A stretch of 64,000 nt of DNA from an uncultured Candidatus Binatia bacterium. GTDB taxonomy: Bacteria > Desulfobacterota > Binatia > UBA9968 > JAJDTQ01. Of the stretch, positions 1 through 9,098 are shown one piece after another; within the stretch, counting starts at the first letter, position 1, and the number at the start of each line of letters is the position of its first letter. The stretch lies in assembly GCA_965215605.1 (NCBI GenBank), contig OZ244070.1:2080001-2144000 (forward strand), given 5' to 3'. The translations under genes were made by a program, and so were the position numbers. The notes under the pieces were generated by a model. That model worked only from the letters and a program-made list of their open reading frames with translations. It had not been told where the DNA came from and ran no database searches.

Positions 1-1
1 G

Positions 2-295
2 TGGTTTCTCGGGTCGGTGGCGATCCTGTTCCTGGTGGGCGTCTTCGATGCGCTGCAAGCCGTGGTGCGCCAGGTCGTGATCCAGGCCCGCACCCCGGAC
101 AACCTGAGAGGACGCGCCGCGAGCTTCCAGCGCATACTGGGCGTGGGCGCCCCCTCCCTGGGCGAGGCCCACTCGGGCGCTGTTGCCGCGCTGATCGGCG
201 CCCCCTGGACGCTGGTGGTGACCGCGGTAGTATGCATCGGGATCACCGCGGGGCTGGTGGTGAAGCGGCCGGATTTGCGGGACCGGGACCTGTGA
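2..295 (+). CDS. MFS transporter, C-terminal part (5' truncated by window)
   Basis: Hydrophobic helices and the loop motif IQARTPDNLRGRAAS typical of MFS_3/H+ antiporter C-halves; frame is open from position 2. Confidence 0.8.
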   Translation, partial: WFLGSVAILFLVGVFDALQAVVRQVVIQARTPDNLRGRAASFQRILGVGAPSLGEAHSGAVAALIGAPWTLVVTAVVCIGITAGLVVKRPDLRDRDL

Positions 296-313
296 TCGTG
301 CGTGGGGAGAGGC

Positions 314-354
314 TTGCGAAATGCTTGGTATCAGACTAAGTTTAAGAGACTAAG
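314..354 (+). promoter_or_regulatory. Putative sigma70 promoter and operator of the TA operon
   Basis: TTGCGA(314-319)-17 nt-TAAGTT(337-342); direct repeat AGACTAAG at 333-340 and 347-354, as expected for TA autoregulation. Confidence 0.45.
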
Positions 355-373
355 CTAGTTAGATGGAGCGGCT

Positions 374-619
374 ATGCGAACTGTAAACATGCACGAAGCC
401 AAGACACATTTGTCCAGTCTCGTCGAGGCTGCCGCAAATGGAGAGCCCTTCATCATCGCGCGTGCGGGGAAGCCGGTGGTGAAGGTCGTTGCCGTGGAAG
501 CGCCGGAATCGGCAAAGATGCGCCGAATCGGGTTTCTGGACGGCAAAATCTCGGTGCCCGAGGACTTCGATCGCATGGGCTCCGCTGAAATCGAGGCGTT
601 GTTCGAGGGCGAGGAGTGA
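374..619 (+). CDS. Phd/YefM family antitoxin
   Basis: MRTVNMHEAKTHLSSLV...GEPFIIARAGKPVVKV is the classic Phd N-terminus; GGAG RBS. Confidence 0.93.
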   Translation: MRTVNMHEAKTHLSSLVEAAANGEPFIIARAGKPVVKVVAVEAPESAKMRRIGFLDGKISVPEDFDRMGSAEIEALFEGEE

Positions 620-1035
620 ATCTCCTTCTGGACACCCATGTGCTCCTTTGGGCAGCAGGATCTTCTGAGCGGTTGCCGGAGGAGGGGCGGAGTTTGCTCG
701 AAGAGCAAGAGACGCAGCCGGTCTTCAGCGCGGCGTCCATCTGGGAAATCGCCATCAAGAGCGGGATCGGGCGCTCGGACTTCCGCGTCAATCCTCATCT
801 ACTGCGGCGAGGATTGCTGGAGAACGGCTACACGGAACTGCCCGTGACGGGTGCCCACGCGGTAGCGGTGGTATTGCTGCCGCCTCTACACAAGGACCCG
901 TTCGACCGCATACTGATCGCCCAAGCCCAGGTCGAAGGGATCACGCTGTTGACGGCAGACAAGATGGTAGGACGATACCCGGGGCCGATCCGGGTGCTGG
1001 TAACGTCAAAAGGCTTGTGTCAGGGAGAAGAGTGA
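616..1035 (+). CDS. vapC: VapC family PIN-domain toxin
   Basis: LLLDTHVLLW, SIWEIAIK, HKDPFDRILIAQA, LLTAD motifs; GTGA overlap with the antitoxin stop. Confidence 0.93.
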   Translation: MNLLLDTHVLLWAAGSSERLPEEGRSLLEEQETQPVFSAASIWEIAIKSGIGRSDFRVNPHLLRRGLLENGYTELPVTGAHAVAVVLLPPLHKDPFDRILIAQAQVEGITLLTADKMVGRYPGPIRVLVTSKGLCQGEE

Positions 1036-1140
1036 TGGGACTCCCTGGGACCTGTTTTCGTGAGTTAAGACGGCGAACTGGATACGGTCCATGGAGGTAT
1101 GATTCTGGAAGACGCCGATGGGACGATGGGGTTCCTTTCA

Positions 1141-1166
1141 CAGGGCGACCGCCGGTCGCCCCTACA
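1141..1166 (-). repeat. GTAG-type REP-like palindrome
   Basis: Reverse strand reads TGTAGGGGCGACCGGCGGTCGCCCTG; related copy at 49338-49365. Confidence 0.7.
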
Positions 1167-1297
1167 TGTCATCGCGCGTCGCCGACCTCAAAGATCCCTG
1201 TGTAACTTGTCCCAGGAATTTCCGGGACACGACACTAACTAAGTTTCAAAGGGAATATAACCTTGTAATCGTGGATCTGCATGCCATAATTACGAGG

Positions 1298-2458
1298 ATG
1301 ATTGAGCGACGAGTACTCCAAACCGTCTTGAGACGGCTGGAGCAGTTCCCGGCCGTGGCATTGCTGGGTCCTCGCCAAGTCGGCAAGACCACATTGGCCG
1401 AAGCCGTGGGCGCTGAACGGGAAAGCGTTTACCTCGATCTGGAGACGCAGTCGGGCCGCGAAAGACTGTCCGATCCGTCGGATTATCTCTCTGCACATGA
1501 AGACAGGCTGGTGATCCTGGACGAAGTGCAGGCAATGCCGGAGTTGTTCCAGGAACTCCGGAGCCTGATAGACCGGGGACGTCGCCGCGGCAGGCGAACC
1601 AACCGCTTTCTCATACTCGGGTCGGCGTCAATGGATCTTCTGAGGCAGTCGAGCGAGAGCCTTGCCGGACGTCTTGCGTACGTCGAACTGGAACCCATGG
1701 ACGTGTTGGAGGTCCTGCGCGACGACAGGGAGAATCTTTGGCTGCGCGGGGGGTTCCCGGACAGCTTTCTGGCAGGGGACGATGCCGCCAGCGCACTCTG
1801 GAGGGACAGCTTCATCAAGACCTACCTGGAGCGGGACATTCCGCAACTCGGCCCGCGAATTCCTGCCGAGACGCTACGGCGCTTCTGGACCATGCTGGCG
1901 CACACTCAAGGCCAACTCCTGAATGCGGCGCAACTGGCCCGCGCCCTTGCCGTCGACGGAAAGACTATCGCCCGCTACCTGGACCTCATGGTCGACCTGT
2001 TGCTGGTCCGTCGACTGCAGCCCTACCACGCCAACGTGCGCAAGCGCCTCGTCAGGTCACCGAAGGTCTACGTGCGCGACAGCGGTCTGGTCCACACCCT
2101 CCTCGGCCTCGATGACCGTGAGGCCGTGCTCGGCCATCCCGTGGCCGGCGGAAGCTGGGAGGGATTCGTCTTGGAGAACATCCTGCGGGCCGCTCCCGAA
2201 CGAACCCTCGCCAGTTTCTACCGCAGCGCCGCGGGCGCCGAGATCGACCTGCTGCTGGAAATGCCCAACCAGGAACTCTGGGCCATCGAAATCAAGCGCG
2301 GTCTCGCCCTGAAGCTCGAACGAGGTTTCCACCACGCACGGCAGGACCTGAAGCCGGATCGCTGCTTCGTGGTGTATTCGGGGGATGAGAGATACCCTCG
2401 GGGGGAGGGTGTGGAGGTTGTCGGACTGGAGGAACTATGTCGCACTGTTTCTCAATAG
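1298..2458 (+). CDS. AAA_14 / DUF4143 ATP-binding protein
   Basis: Walker A GPRQVGKTT, Walker B LVILDEVQ, RGGFP, PKVYVRDSG, C-terminal EIDLL...AIEIK; start moved to ATG 1298. Confidence 0.92.
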   Translation: MIERRVLQTVLRRLEQFPAVALLGPRQVGKTTLAEAVGAERESVYLDLETQSGRERLSDPSDYLSAHEDRLVILDEVQAMPELFQELRSLIDRGRRRGRRTNRFLILGSASMDLLRQSSESLAGRLAYVELEPMDVLEVLRDDRENLWLRGGFPDSFLAGDDAASALWRDSFIKTYLERDIPQLGPRIPAETLRRFWTMLAHTQGQLLNAAQLARALAVDGKTIARYLDLMVDLLLVRRLQPYHANVRKRLVRSPKVYVRDSGLVHTLLGLDDREAVLGHPVAGGSWEGFVLENILRAAPERTLASFYRSAAGAEIDLLLEMPNQELWAIEIKRGLALKLERGFHHARQDLKPDRCFVVYSGDERYPRGEGVEVVGLEELCRTVSQ

Positions 2459-2585
2459 CGGCAGCCTTCAAGCGTGCGAACTGTGACATTTTGGAATAAT
2501 CAACTAAAATAAGTGTCAAGTCTACCCTGAAAACCCCGCACTGGACCGGCACACAGAGGTAGCAGTCTCAGGGAGGGACCTAGCC

Positions 2586-3524
2586 ATGAATGCACAACGC
2601 TACCAGCTTCGTATCAGTGGCCTTGACGAATCTGAAGGTCAGATCAGGGCGGTAACCCTTGAGCGTGTCGTCTCCGCGTTGCGCTCAACCGCAGAGCGCA
2701 CAACACGTTTGCTCGCTACTGGCAAGAGTAGTGAAAAGGGACCAAAGCCCAAATGGCTCGACGCCACGACTGACTTCACCATCACCGGTTTGAAGGCAGG
2801 CTCCACAACGCTGGAGATGGAGGCGCCTCGCCTTGGCGTGACAGCTCGTGAGGCATTTGCTCAGCAGGAATTCTGGCGCGAGACGCCGAGCCTTCAAGAC
2901 ACCGCTCTCGACCTCGCTGCCTTCGCAATCGAAGAAGTTGGTGCTGACGACCCCTCTGGGGACCGTTTCGACATCGCCGTTATCCAAGCGATTCTTAAGT
3001 TTGGGAGTGCAGCAGTCGGACGCGTCTCCTATGAGCTGAACCCAAAGGGTCGTGCACGGGGACACTTTGTCCTGGACCACGAGACACGGAATCGAGCCGC
3101 GGGCCAGTTGAAAAGGATTCCGAAGCCGAAAGCCTTCATTGTAAGCGGCAGACTGGATGAAATTCGCCATGGGAGCGCACGATTTTGTCTTGTAACGAGT
3201 CAGAACATGCGTCTTCTTGGATGCCTGGACACCACCCAATTGGACACAGAATCGTTGCGTCCCCTGTGGGGAAAACAGACTACGGTGGAAGGGATGGTTC
3301 ATTTCAAGGCAAATGGCCAACCGCGGTTGATCCAGGCGCGCCGGATAGGTGGGCAGTTGGAGGGGGACAGCCTTTTCGAGGAAATGCCACTACTGACAAT
3401 TCCGGAGCCTCACAGGCCTCATAAGGCCGGGCGCGGACGAACTTCGTCTTTCGATCCGATAGAGCTAGCCGGCGCGTGGCCCGGTGATGAGTCCATAGAG
3501 GATTTGATGGCCGAACTCGACTGA
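2586..3524 (+). CDS. Hypothetical protein with antitoxin-like C-terminal tail
   Basis: 312-aa ORF with GGGAGG RBS; ends FDPIELAGAWPGDESIEDLMAELD; sits directly upstream of a PIN gene. Confidence 0.8.
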   Translation: MNAQRYQLRISGLDESEGQIRAVTLERVVSALRSTAERTTRLLATGKSSEKGPKPKWLDATTDFTITGLKAGSTTLEMEAPRLGVTAREAFAQQEFWRETPSLQDTALDLAAFAIEEVGADDPSGDRFDIAVIQAILKFGSAAVGRVSYELNPKGRARGHFVLDHETRNRAAGQLKRIPKPKAFIVSGRLDEIRHGSARFCLVTSQNMRLLGCLDTTQLDTESLRPLWGKQTTVEGMVHFKANGQPRLIQARRIGGQLEGDSLFEEMPLLTIPEPHRPHKAGRGRTSSFDPIELAGAWPGDESIEDLMAELD

Positions 3525-3543
3525 GCCGTCTGCTCATGGGTTG

Positions 3544-3829
3544 ATGACGCGTTTCCTCCTTGACACCAACATGTTGCTCGGCTTTATCCGTGAAGCGCCC
3601 TGTGGTCTTGGCTGCATACGCCCTGATAGACGCCTGGACGCATGGCAAAGATGTGGCTTCGCCTCGAAACCACCCGCCGCCAAAACCGGCTGTGCCGATG
3701 TCCAAGAACGATCTCTGGATCGCCGCAACTGCTCACGTGAGCCAGGCCGTGCTCCTCTCGACAGACAACGACTTCGCACACCTGGACAAGATATGGTTCG
3801 ATTTCAAAAAGGTGGACATGGAAGTGTAG
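3544..3829 (+). pseudogene. VapC/PIN toxin pseudogene (internal deletion and frameshift)
   Basis: N-terminal FLLDTNML (frame of 3544) and C-terminal MSKNDLWIAATA...LLSTDNDF (frame of 3560) are in different frames joined at ~3600; the central PIN segment is absent. Confidence 0.85.
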
Positions 3830-3888
3830 CAACAGTCTTGGCCGGTCATACCAGACCGCTATGCGAGAACGGCCATGGAAACCGGCTC

Positions 3889-3912
3889 ATACACAAAATT
3901 CTGTACAGGACC
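3889..3912 (-). mobile_element. Solo IS terminal inverted repeat remnant (IS256-like)
   Basis: Reverse strand GGTCCTGTACAGAATTTTGTGTAT resembles IS256-family ends as I recall them; lies at the islet/backbone boundary; no transposase nearby. Confidence 0.4.
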
Positions 3913-3944
3913 GCCAACGGCGCTGGTAAACCGTGTGTTTCGGG

Positions 3945-5387
3945 CTATCCCAACGCTGGCTTCCTTTGAACCCACCCCGCCGTCCGCTCATACGCGTGCA
4001 CCACTTGAAACACGCGGCTCTCATCAAAGCACGCGCCGACCACCTGCAGCCCCAACGGCAGCCCGGCAGCCGTAAACCCGCAGCACACGCTCAGCACCGG
4101 CAGCCCGGTGACGTTGAACGGGATGGTGCAGCGGGTGCCGATGCTGCCGCTGGGGTGGCGGAAGGGGATCCGGCGGCCGTCGATTTCGGCGAAGCCTTGC
4201 TTGCATTCCTCGATGGTGGGCGCGGCGATGCCGACGGTGGGGGCGACGATCACTTGCACGTCCTGGAGGGCCTCCTCGAACTCGCGGCAGATGACGCGCC
4301 GCACACGCTGGGAGGTGACGTAGGTCGAGGCGGGGATGGTGAGGGAGGCGATGTTCCGGTGCAACAACTCACGGCTGTAGCCCCCGGGCTGCTTGCGCAG
4401 GTAGGGTTCGTGGGCCACGACGTTCTCGCAGCGGCTGGTGGCGGTCTGGACGGCGGGGACCGCATCCATGTGGGGGATGGTGATGTCCTTGACCTGCATG
4501 CCCAGGGATTCCAAGGCGGCGAGAGCGTCCCGGAACCCCTTGGCCACCTCGTCCACCATCAGCTCGTCGAAGTAGCTGTCGATGACGCCAACCTTCATGC
4601 CGGCGACGGCGCTGCCCAGGCCTTCGCTGTAGTCGGGCACGGGTTCGGGAGAGGTCAGCGGGTCGTTGGGATCCTCCCCGGCGATGGCGGCCAGCACCAG
4701 GGCGCAGTCCTCCACGGTCTTGGTGAAAGGGCCGAAGTGGTCGGAGGAGAAGCCGCCGGTGCCGGCGACGCCGCCGTAGCGGCTGACGCGGCCGTAGGTG
4801 GCCTTGAGGCCCACGGTGCCGCACCAGGCGGCGGGGTTGCGTACCGAGCCGGCGTTGTCGGTGCCGATGGAGATCAGGCACAGGTCGGCGGCCACCGCGG
4901 CGGCAGAGCCGCCGCTGGAACCGCCCGGCACCCGGCTGGTGTCCCACGGGTTGTGGGTGGTGCCGAAATAGGGGTTCATGGTGGTGCCGCCGCCGGCCCA
5001 CTCGTGCATGTTGTTCTTGCCCAGGACGATGGCCCCGGCCTCCCGCAGCCGGGTCACCACGGTGGCGTCGAAGTCGGGCTTCCAGTCCGCCAGGATCCGG
5101 CTGCCGGCGGTGGTGGGGTAGCCCCTGACCGCGAGGTTGTCCTTGATGGACACCGGGATCCCGTGTAGCGGCCCGCGGTAGTTGCCGCCCGCGATCTCCT
5201 TCTCGGCACGACGCGCCGCCGCCATGGCGTCGTCTTCCATGACGGTGCTGTAGGCGTTGAGCACGGGGTTGAGGCGCTTGATCCGCTCCAGATAGCAGGC
5301 GGTCACTTCCACCGGCGAGACCTCCCGGGCGGCGATGCGGGGGGCCAGGCTTGCGATGGTGAGGGTTGTGGGATCCAGGTCGGGCAT
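3945..5387 (-). CDS. Amidase signature (GatA-like) family amidase
   Basis: GPLHGIPVSIKD, PGGSSGGSAAAVAA, GTDNAGSVRNPAAWCG. Confidence 0.93.
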   Translation of the reverse strand: MPDLDPTTLTIASLAPRIAAREVSPVEVTACYLERIKRLNPVLNAYSTVMEDDAMAAARRAEKEIAGGNYRGPLHGIPVSIKDNLAVRGYPTTAGSRILADWKPDFDATVVTRLREAGAIVLGKNNMHEWAGGGTTMNPYFGTTHNPWDTSRVPGGSSGGSAAAVAADLCLISIGTDNAGSVRNPAAWCGTVGLKATYGRVSRYGGVAGTGGFSSDHFGPFTKTVEDCALVLAAIAGEDPNDPLTSPEPVPDYSEGLGSAVAGMKVGVIDSYFDELMVDEVAKGFRDALAALESLGMQVKDITIPHMDAVPAVQTATSRCENVVAHEPYLRKQPGGYSRELLHRNIASLTIPASTYVTSQRVRRVICREFEEALQDVQVIVAPTVGIAAPTIEECKQGFAEIDGRRIPFRHPSGSIGTRCTIPFNVTGLPVLSVCCGFTAAGLPLGLQVVGACFDESRVFQVVHAYERTAGWVQRKPALG

Positions 5388-5420
5388 GGGACCTTCCTTT
5401 CGTTGCCTGTCAGAATGGCG

Positions 5421-5479
5421 TCCTTCGACTTCGCCCGCCCTCCGACAAGCTCAGCACCCGCTACGCTCGGGACGCACGG
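5421..5479 (+). repeat. REP-like element (CCTTCGACTTCG...GCTACGCTC family), degenerate
   Basis: Matches the reverse complement of 7732-7768 with a ~20-nt insertion. Confidence 0.55.
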
Positions 5480-5501
5480 TGATTTTCTTCCGTTCGTTCC
5501 G

Positions 5502-6503
5502 CTAGTCGAGGTCGGCGCAGGCGGGGATGACCTTGTGTCCCCACAGATCCATGATCACGTCGAAGTTGCGGTTGGGGGGCGTGAGCAGCACGTGGGACAC
5601 GCCGGCCCCGGCCAGCTCCCGGATCCGCTGCGTACACTCTTGCGGGGTTCCGGCGATGGCGAATCGCCCCAGCAGGTAGTCCGTGATGAGCGCGGGATCC
5701 GACCTTTCCTCCATCGGCTTGCTGATGTCGAAGCCGGCCATGAACCGCTTGACGCCGGCGAGCTCATGTTCCGGCACGGTCTCCAGGGTAAAGCGGAAGT
5801 TGTGATGGGCGCGGTTGGCGAGGCGCCCGCGCACCAGGTCCCGAGCCCTTGGCCCGTCTTCGTCGACACAGATCATTCCCCCGACCGCGATGTCGATATC
5901 GGACAAGGCGCGTCCGCCTTCCTCCGCTCCGGCCGCGATCTGGCCGCGCGCCCAGTCCAGCACGTCCAGGTCGAACCCGGTCCCCAGGATGACGCCGTCG
6001 GCATACCGTCCGGCGACCCGGAGGCTCCGGGGCCCCACCGCGGCTATGTAGATGGGCACGGGAGTCTTGCCGGCGTTGAGGGAGACGGCGCCGGCGCCTT
6101 CCTTGCCCCGGGGCACCTCGATGGACCGTCCCTGGAGCAGTTCGCGGATGGTGGCCAGTCCCGCCGCGAAATCGGCCAACGGCGTGGCTCTCCGTCCCAG
6201 CCGGTAGGTGGAGCCGTCGCCGGTGCCCAGCCCCAGTAGCGCCCGCCCCCCGGCAAACTCGTTGGCCGTGGCGGCGGACGAAGCCAGGGCGGTGGGGTCG
6301 CGGTAGGCCATGGTGGTGACGGCGATGCCGAAACGGAGCCGTTCCGTTCGCAGGGCGCACACGGTCATGGCCTGGAACCCGTCGAGGTTGTTCAGGTGAC
6401 CGTCGGCGAAGAACAGGGCGTGGAAGCCCAGAGCCTCGGCAGCCTCCGCCCGGCGAGTGATCTGGTCGGCGTTGCGAGCGGGGCTGTGAATGGAAAAATG
6501 CAC
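5502..6503 (-). CDS. LLM class (Mer-like, possibly F420-dependent) oxidoreductase
   Basis: AEALGFHALFFAD, GGRALLGLGTG, PIYIAAVGPRSLRVAGRYADGVI; AAGGAG RBS before GTG. Confidence 0.88.
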   Translation of the reverse strand: MHFSIHSPARNADQITRRAEAAEALGFHALFFADGHLNNLDGFQAMTVCALRTERLRFGIAVTTMAYRDPTALASSAATANEFAGGRALLGLGTGDGSTYRLGRRATPLADFAAGLATIRELLQGRSIEVPRGKEGAGAVSLNAGKTPVPIYIAAVGPRSLRVAGRYADGVILGTGFDLDVLDWARGQIAAGAEEGGRALSDIDIAVGGMICVDEDGPRARDLVRGRLANRAHHNFRFTLETVPEHELAGVKRFMAGFDISKPMEERSDPALITDYLLGRFAIAGTPQECTQRIRELAGAGVSHVLLTPPNRNFDVIMDLWGHKVIPACADLD

Positions 6504-6538
6504 GGGTGACTCCTTGCCAGGATATGCGACGGACCGTG

Positions 6539-6608
6539 GCAGGGGCGGGATTCAAACCCGCCCGGCATTGCGCTGTGCGTACGCGGCGGGTTTGAATCCC
6601 GCCCCTGC
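6539..6608. repeat. Inverted REP doublet (perfect 24-bp inverted repeat)
   Basis: GCAGGGGCGGGATTCAAACCCGCC at 6539-6562 and its exact reverse complement at 6585-6608. Confidence 0.8.
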
Positions 6609-6673
6609 ACCGCTGTCTTCCGTAGCGCAGGGCCGTGGAGGCGTCGGTTTGTCTCGTGCTCGGGACCGGCCGG

Positions 6674-7711
6674 CTACATCCCGAACAGCCGCATGGCGTT
6701 GCCGCCCAGGATCTTTTCCTTGTCGTCGTCCGAGATGCCCTCGAGATCCCGCACCATCCGCACCGTTCCTTCCTTCCAGGTACCCGACGGGTCGTTGTGC
6801 GGGTAGTCGCTGCCCACGGTCAGATTGTGGTCCTTCCAGAAGTCGCAGGCGTAGCGGATGGAGGTCTCGGCGGCGAAGGCCGACACCCAGATCTGGCTGA
6901 AGAACTCGCTGGGGTCCTTGCCCAGCTTCTTGCGGCCGTTGGGGTCCATGTCCAGGCGGTTCATGAGCCAGGGCACGAAGGCGGCCGAGCCTTCCACGAA
7001 ACAGATGCGCAGGTCGGGGAACTCCTTGAGGGCGCCGCGCAGGATCAGGCTCCCCATGTCCACGATGTAGCGGAAGGGGAACGCCAGCAGGAAGGGCAGG
7101 GCGTTGTTGTCGGCTTCCAGAAAGAGCTGTTCGATGCCCACCAGCGCCGGATTGGGATGGTCCTGGCGGTCCGACGCCGTGTCATGGACCAGGATCGGGA
7201 TGTCGAGCTGGCACACCTTGTCGTAGACCGGCCACAGCCGCTCCGCTCCCAGGTTGGCGTCCTCGAAGCCGCCCATGAACTTCACGGCCTTGATGCCGAG
7301 CTGGTTCACCATCCGGTCCAGCTCCTTGCAGGACTCTTCCACGTCCGGCAGGAACACCCAGCCGACGCCGATGTAGCGCTCGGGATGGGCGCATTCCGCC
7401 AGGTCCCGGGCCACCGCGTCATTGTATCGCCGGGCCAGCTCGCAACCCAGGTCCCGGTCCCAGGTGTACAGGAGCTCCCGGTTCTCCGGGATGAGCACGT
7501 GCTTGTCGAAGCCTTCGAAGTCGGCCTGCGCCACCCGTACGTCCAGGTCCCAGCGTCCCTTGGGCGCCTGGTTCTTGATGAGTGTCCCGTCCGGCAGCAC
7601 GGACTTGACCTCGTCGCCCTTCCGCACCACCCGCGGGGAGTCGGGGTATTGGTCGCTGATCCCTTCCAGGAACTTCACCGGGAAATAGTGGGTGTCGCAG
7701 TCGATGTACAT
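6674..7711 (-). CDS. Amidohydrolase_2 family protein
   Basis: MYIDCDTHY, IPILVH, LRICFVEG, GSDYPHND, ILGGNAMRLFG; GGAGG RBS before ATG 7711. Confidence 0.9.
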   Translation of the reverse strand: MYIDCDTHYFPVKFLEGISDQYPDSPRVVRKGDEVKSVLPDGTLIKNQAPKGRWDLDVRVAQADFEGFDKHVLIPENRELLYTWDRDLGCELARRYNDAVARDLAECAHPERYIGVGWVFLPDVEESCKELDRMVNQLGIKAVKFMGGFEDANLGAERLWPVYDKVCQLDIPILVHDTASDRQDHPNPALVGIEQLFLEADNNALPFLLAFPFRYIVDMGSLILRGALKEFPDLRICFVEGSAAFVPWLMNRLDMDPNGRKKLGKDPSEFFSQIWVSAFAAETSIRYACDFWKDHNLTVGSDYPHNDPSGTWKEGTVRMVRDLEGISDDDKEKILGGNAMRLFGM

Positions 7712-7731
7712 TAGCCGTCCTCCGTGATTGG

Positions 7732-7768
7732 CCGTTCGCCCTGAGCGTAGCGTAGCGAAGTCGAAGGG
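7732..7768 (-). repeat. REP-like element
   Basis: Reverse strand CCCTTCGACTTCGCTACGCTACGCTCAGGGCGAACGG; intergenic; related copy at 5421. Confidence 0.65.
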
Positions 7769-7770
7769 CT

Positions 7771-8868
7771 CTACGCATACGTGAAGATCGCCCGGCCCAG
7801 GATCTTGCCTTCCTCCAGGTCGGTCACCGCCTCGTTGACCTGGTCCAGGGAGTAGCGGCGCGTCACCAGGTCGTCGAGCTTGAGCTTGCCTTCCCGGTAC
7901 CAGCGGACGAACGTGGGGAAGTCGCGGTCCGGGAGGCAGTCGCCGGCGTGGGTGCGGGTGAAGTAGCGGCCTCCGGCGAAAAGGTTCGTGTTGATCAGCG
8001 GCGTCGCGCCCGGTGGCGGCAGGCCTATCAGCAGGGCGGTCCCGCCGCGCTCGAGCCCCGGCGCCCCGGTGCGCACCGAACGCAGGATCTGGTCCTGGGT
8101 GGCGGGATGGCCCACCGCATCCAGCGCGAAGTCCGCGCCGCCGCCGGTGAGCTCGGTGATGGCTTCCACCGGGTCCACCTTGCTCGCGTTGATGCAGTGG
8201 GTGGCGCCGAAGCCCTTGGCGAACTCCAGCTTCCCGTCGTCCAGGTCCACGGCGATGAGCGGGTAGGCGTCCACCACCGCCGCGGCCGAGATGGCGCACA
8301 TGCCGATGCCGCCCACGCCGTAGACGGCCACCGATTGTCCCGGCCCCACCTTCAGCGTGTTGATGATGGCTCCCGAACCGGTGGTGACCGCGCAGCCGAT
8401 GATGGAGGTCACGTCGGTGTCCACGTCGTCGTCCATGGGAAGCACCACGCGCTCGGACGCCACCAGGTGTTCCGCCCAGGTGGACGCCGACGCCCAGATG
8501 GACTGTTCCCGCCAGGTGGCCGGAATGGGCGGCCGCATGTTGAGGGCGTGGGACACGGGCGGCAGCGGCGACTCCGGGGCGTTCCGGTCGACCCAGGTGG
8601 TGAAGACCCGGTCGCCTTCCTTCACGTGGTTCACGTCGCTGCCCTTGGCCACCACCACGCCGGTGGATTCGTGCCCCAGGAGCGCCGGCAGCTTGGAGCG
8701 CTGCTCATCGGGTGAGCGCTGGATCTGATGGAGCTGGGAGTGGCAGATGCCGCTGGCGTAGAGCTTCACCAGCACCTGATCCGGTGCGGGATCCGGGAGC
8801 GTGACCTCGTCCACCACCAAGGGCTTGCGTGATTCGACCAGGATTGCGGCCCGGGATTTGGTTGGCAT
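7771..8868 (-). CDS. Zinc-binding (MDR) alcohol dehydrogenase family
   Basis: GICHSQ, GHESTG, IGCAVTTG, GVGGIG; structural-Zn cysteines are absent; AAGGA RBS before ATG 8868. Confidence 0.9.
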   Translation of the reverse strand: MPTKSRAAILVESRKPLVVDEVTLPDPAPDQVLVKLYASGICHSQLHQIQRSPDEQRSKLPALLGHESTGVVVAKGSDVNHVKEGDRVFTTWVDRNAPESPLPPVSHALNMRPPIPATWREQSIWASASTWAEHLVASERVVLPMDDDVDTDVTSIIGCAVTTGSGAIINTLKVGPGQSVAVYGVGGIGMCAISAAAVVDAYPLIAVDLDDGKLEFAKGFGATHCINASKVDPVEAITELTGGGADFALDAVGHPATQDQILRSVRTGAPGLERGGTALLIGLPPPGATPLINTNLFAGGRYFTRTHAGDCLPDRDFPTFVRWYREGKLKLDDLVTRRYSLDQVNEAVTDLEEGKILGRAIFTYA

Positions 8869-9098
8869 GGCGCTTTCCTTTCCGTCATACGGCCCGGAAG
8901 CCGTGCCGGCCTGAAGGCCGTGATGCCGCATGGATTGGCGGCTTCGCAGTCTCGTGAGTAGTTGCCGAGGGGTTGTTTGTCAAGGGACCGGGGAGCCGTC
9001 GTTTCCGCTGGTTCCGCCGTTGAAAAGGTGTTAATCAGCGTACGAATACATCACGCGAAGATCTCGAACATCTCAATCCTGTTCAGGAGGTATTGACC

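Noticed and set aside
600-1035. Antitoxin and toxin both ending in GEE-stop as a sign of duplication
   Set aside because: The DNA similarity is short and imperfect; likely coincidence
2490-2520. Antisense promoter (TTGACA on the minus strand) into the AAA gene
   Set aside because: No well-spaced -10; the hexamer is better explained as the TGTCAA of an IS-like end
3945-5387. gatA of the tRNA amidotransferase
   Set aside because: No gatB/gatC adjacent and the context is catabolic; called a generic amidase
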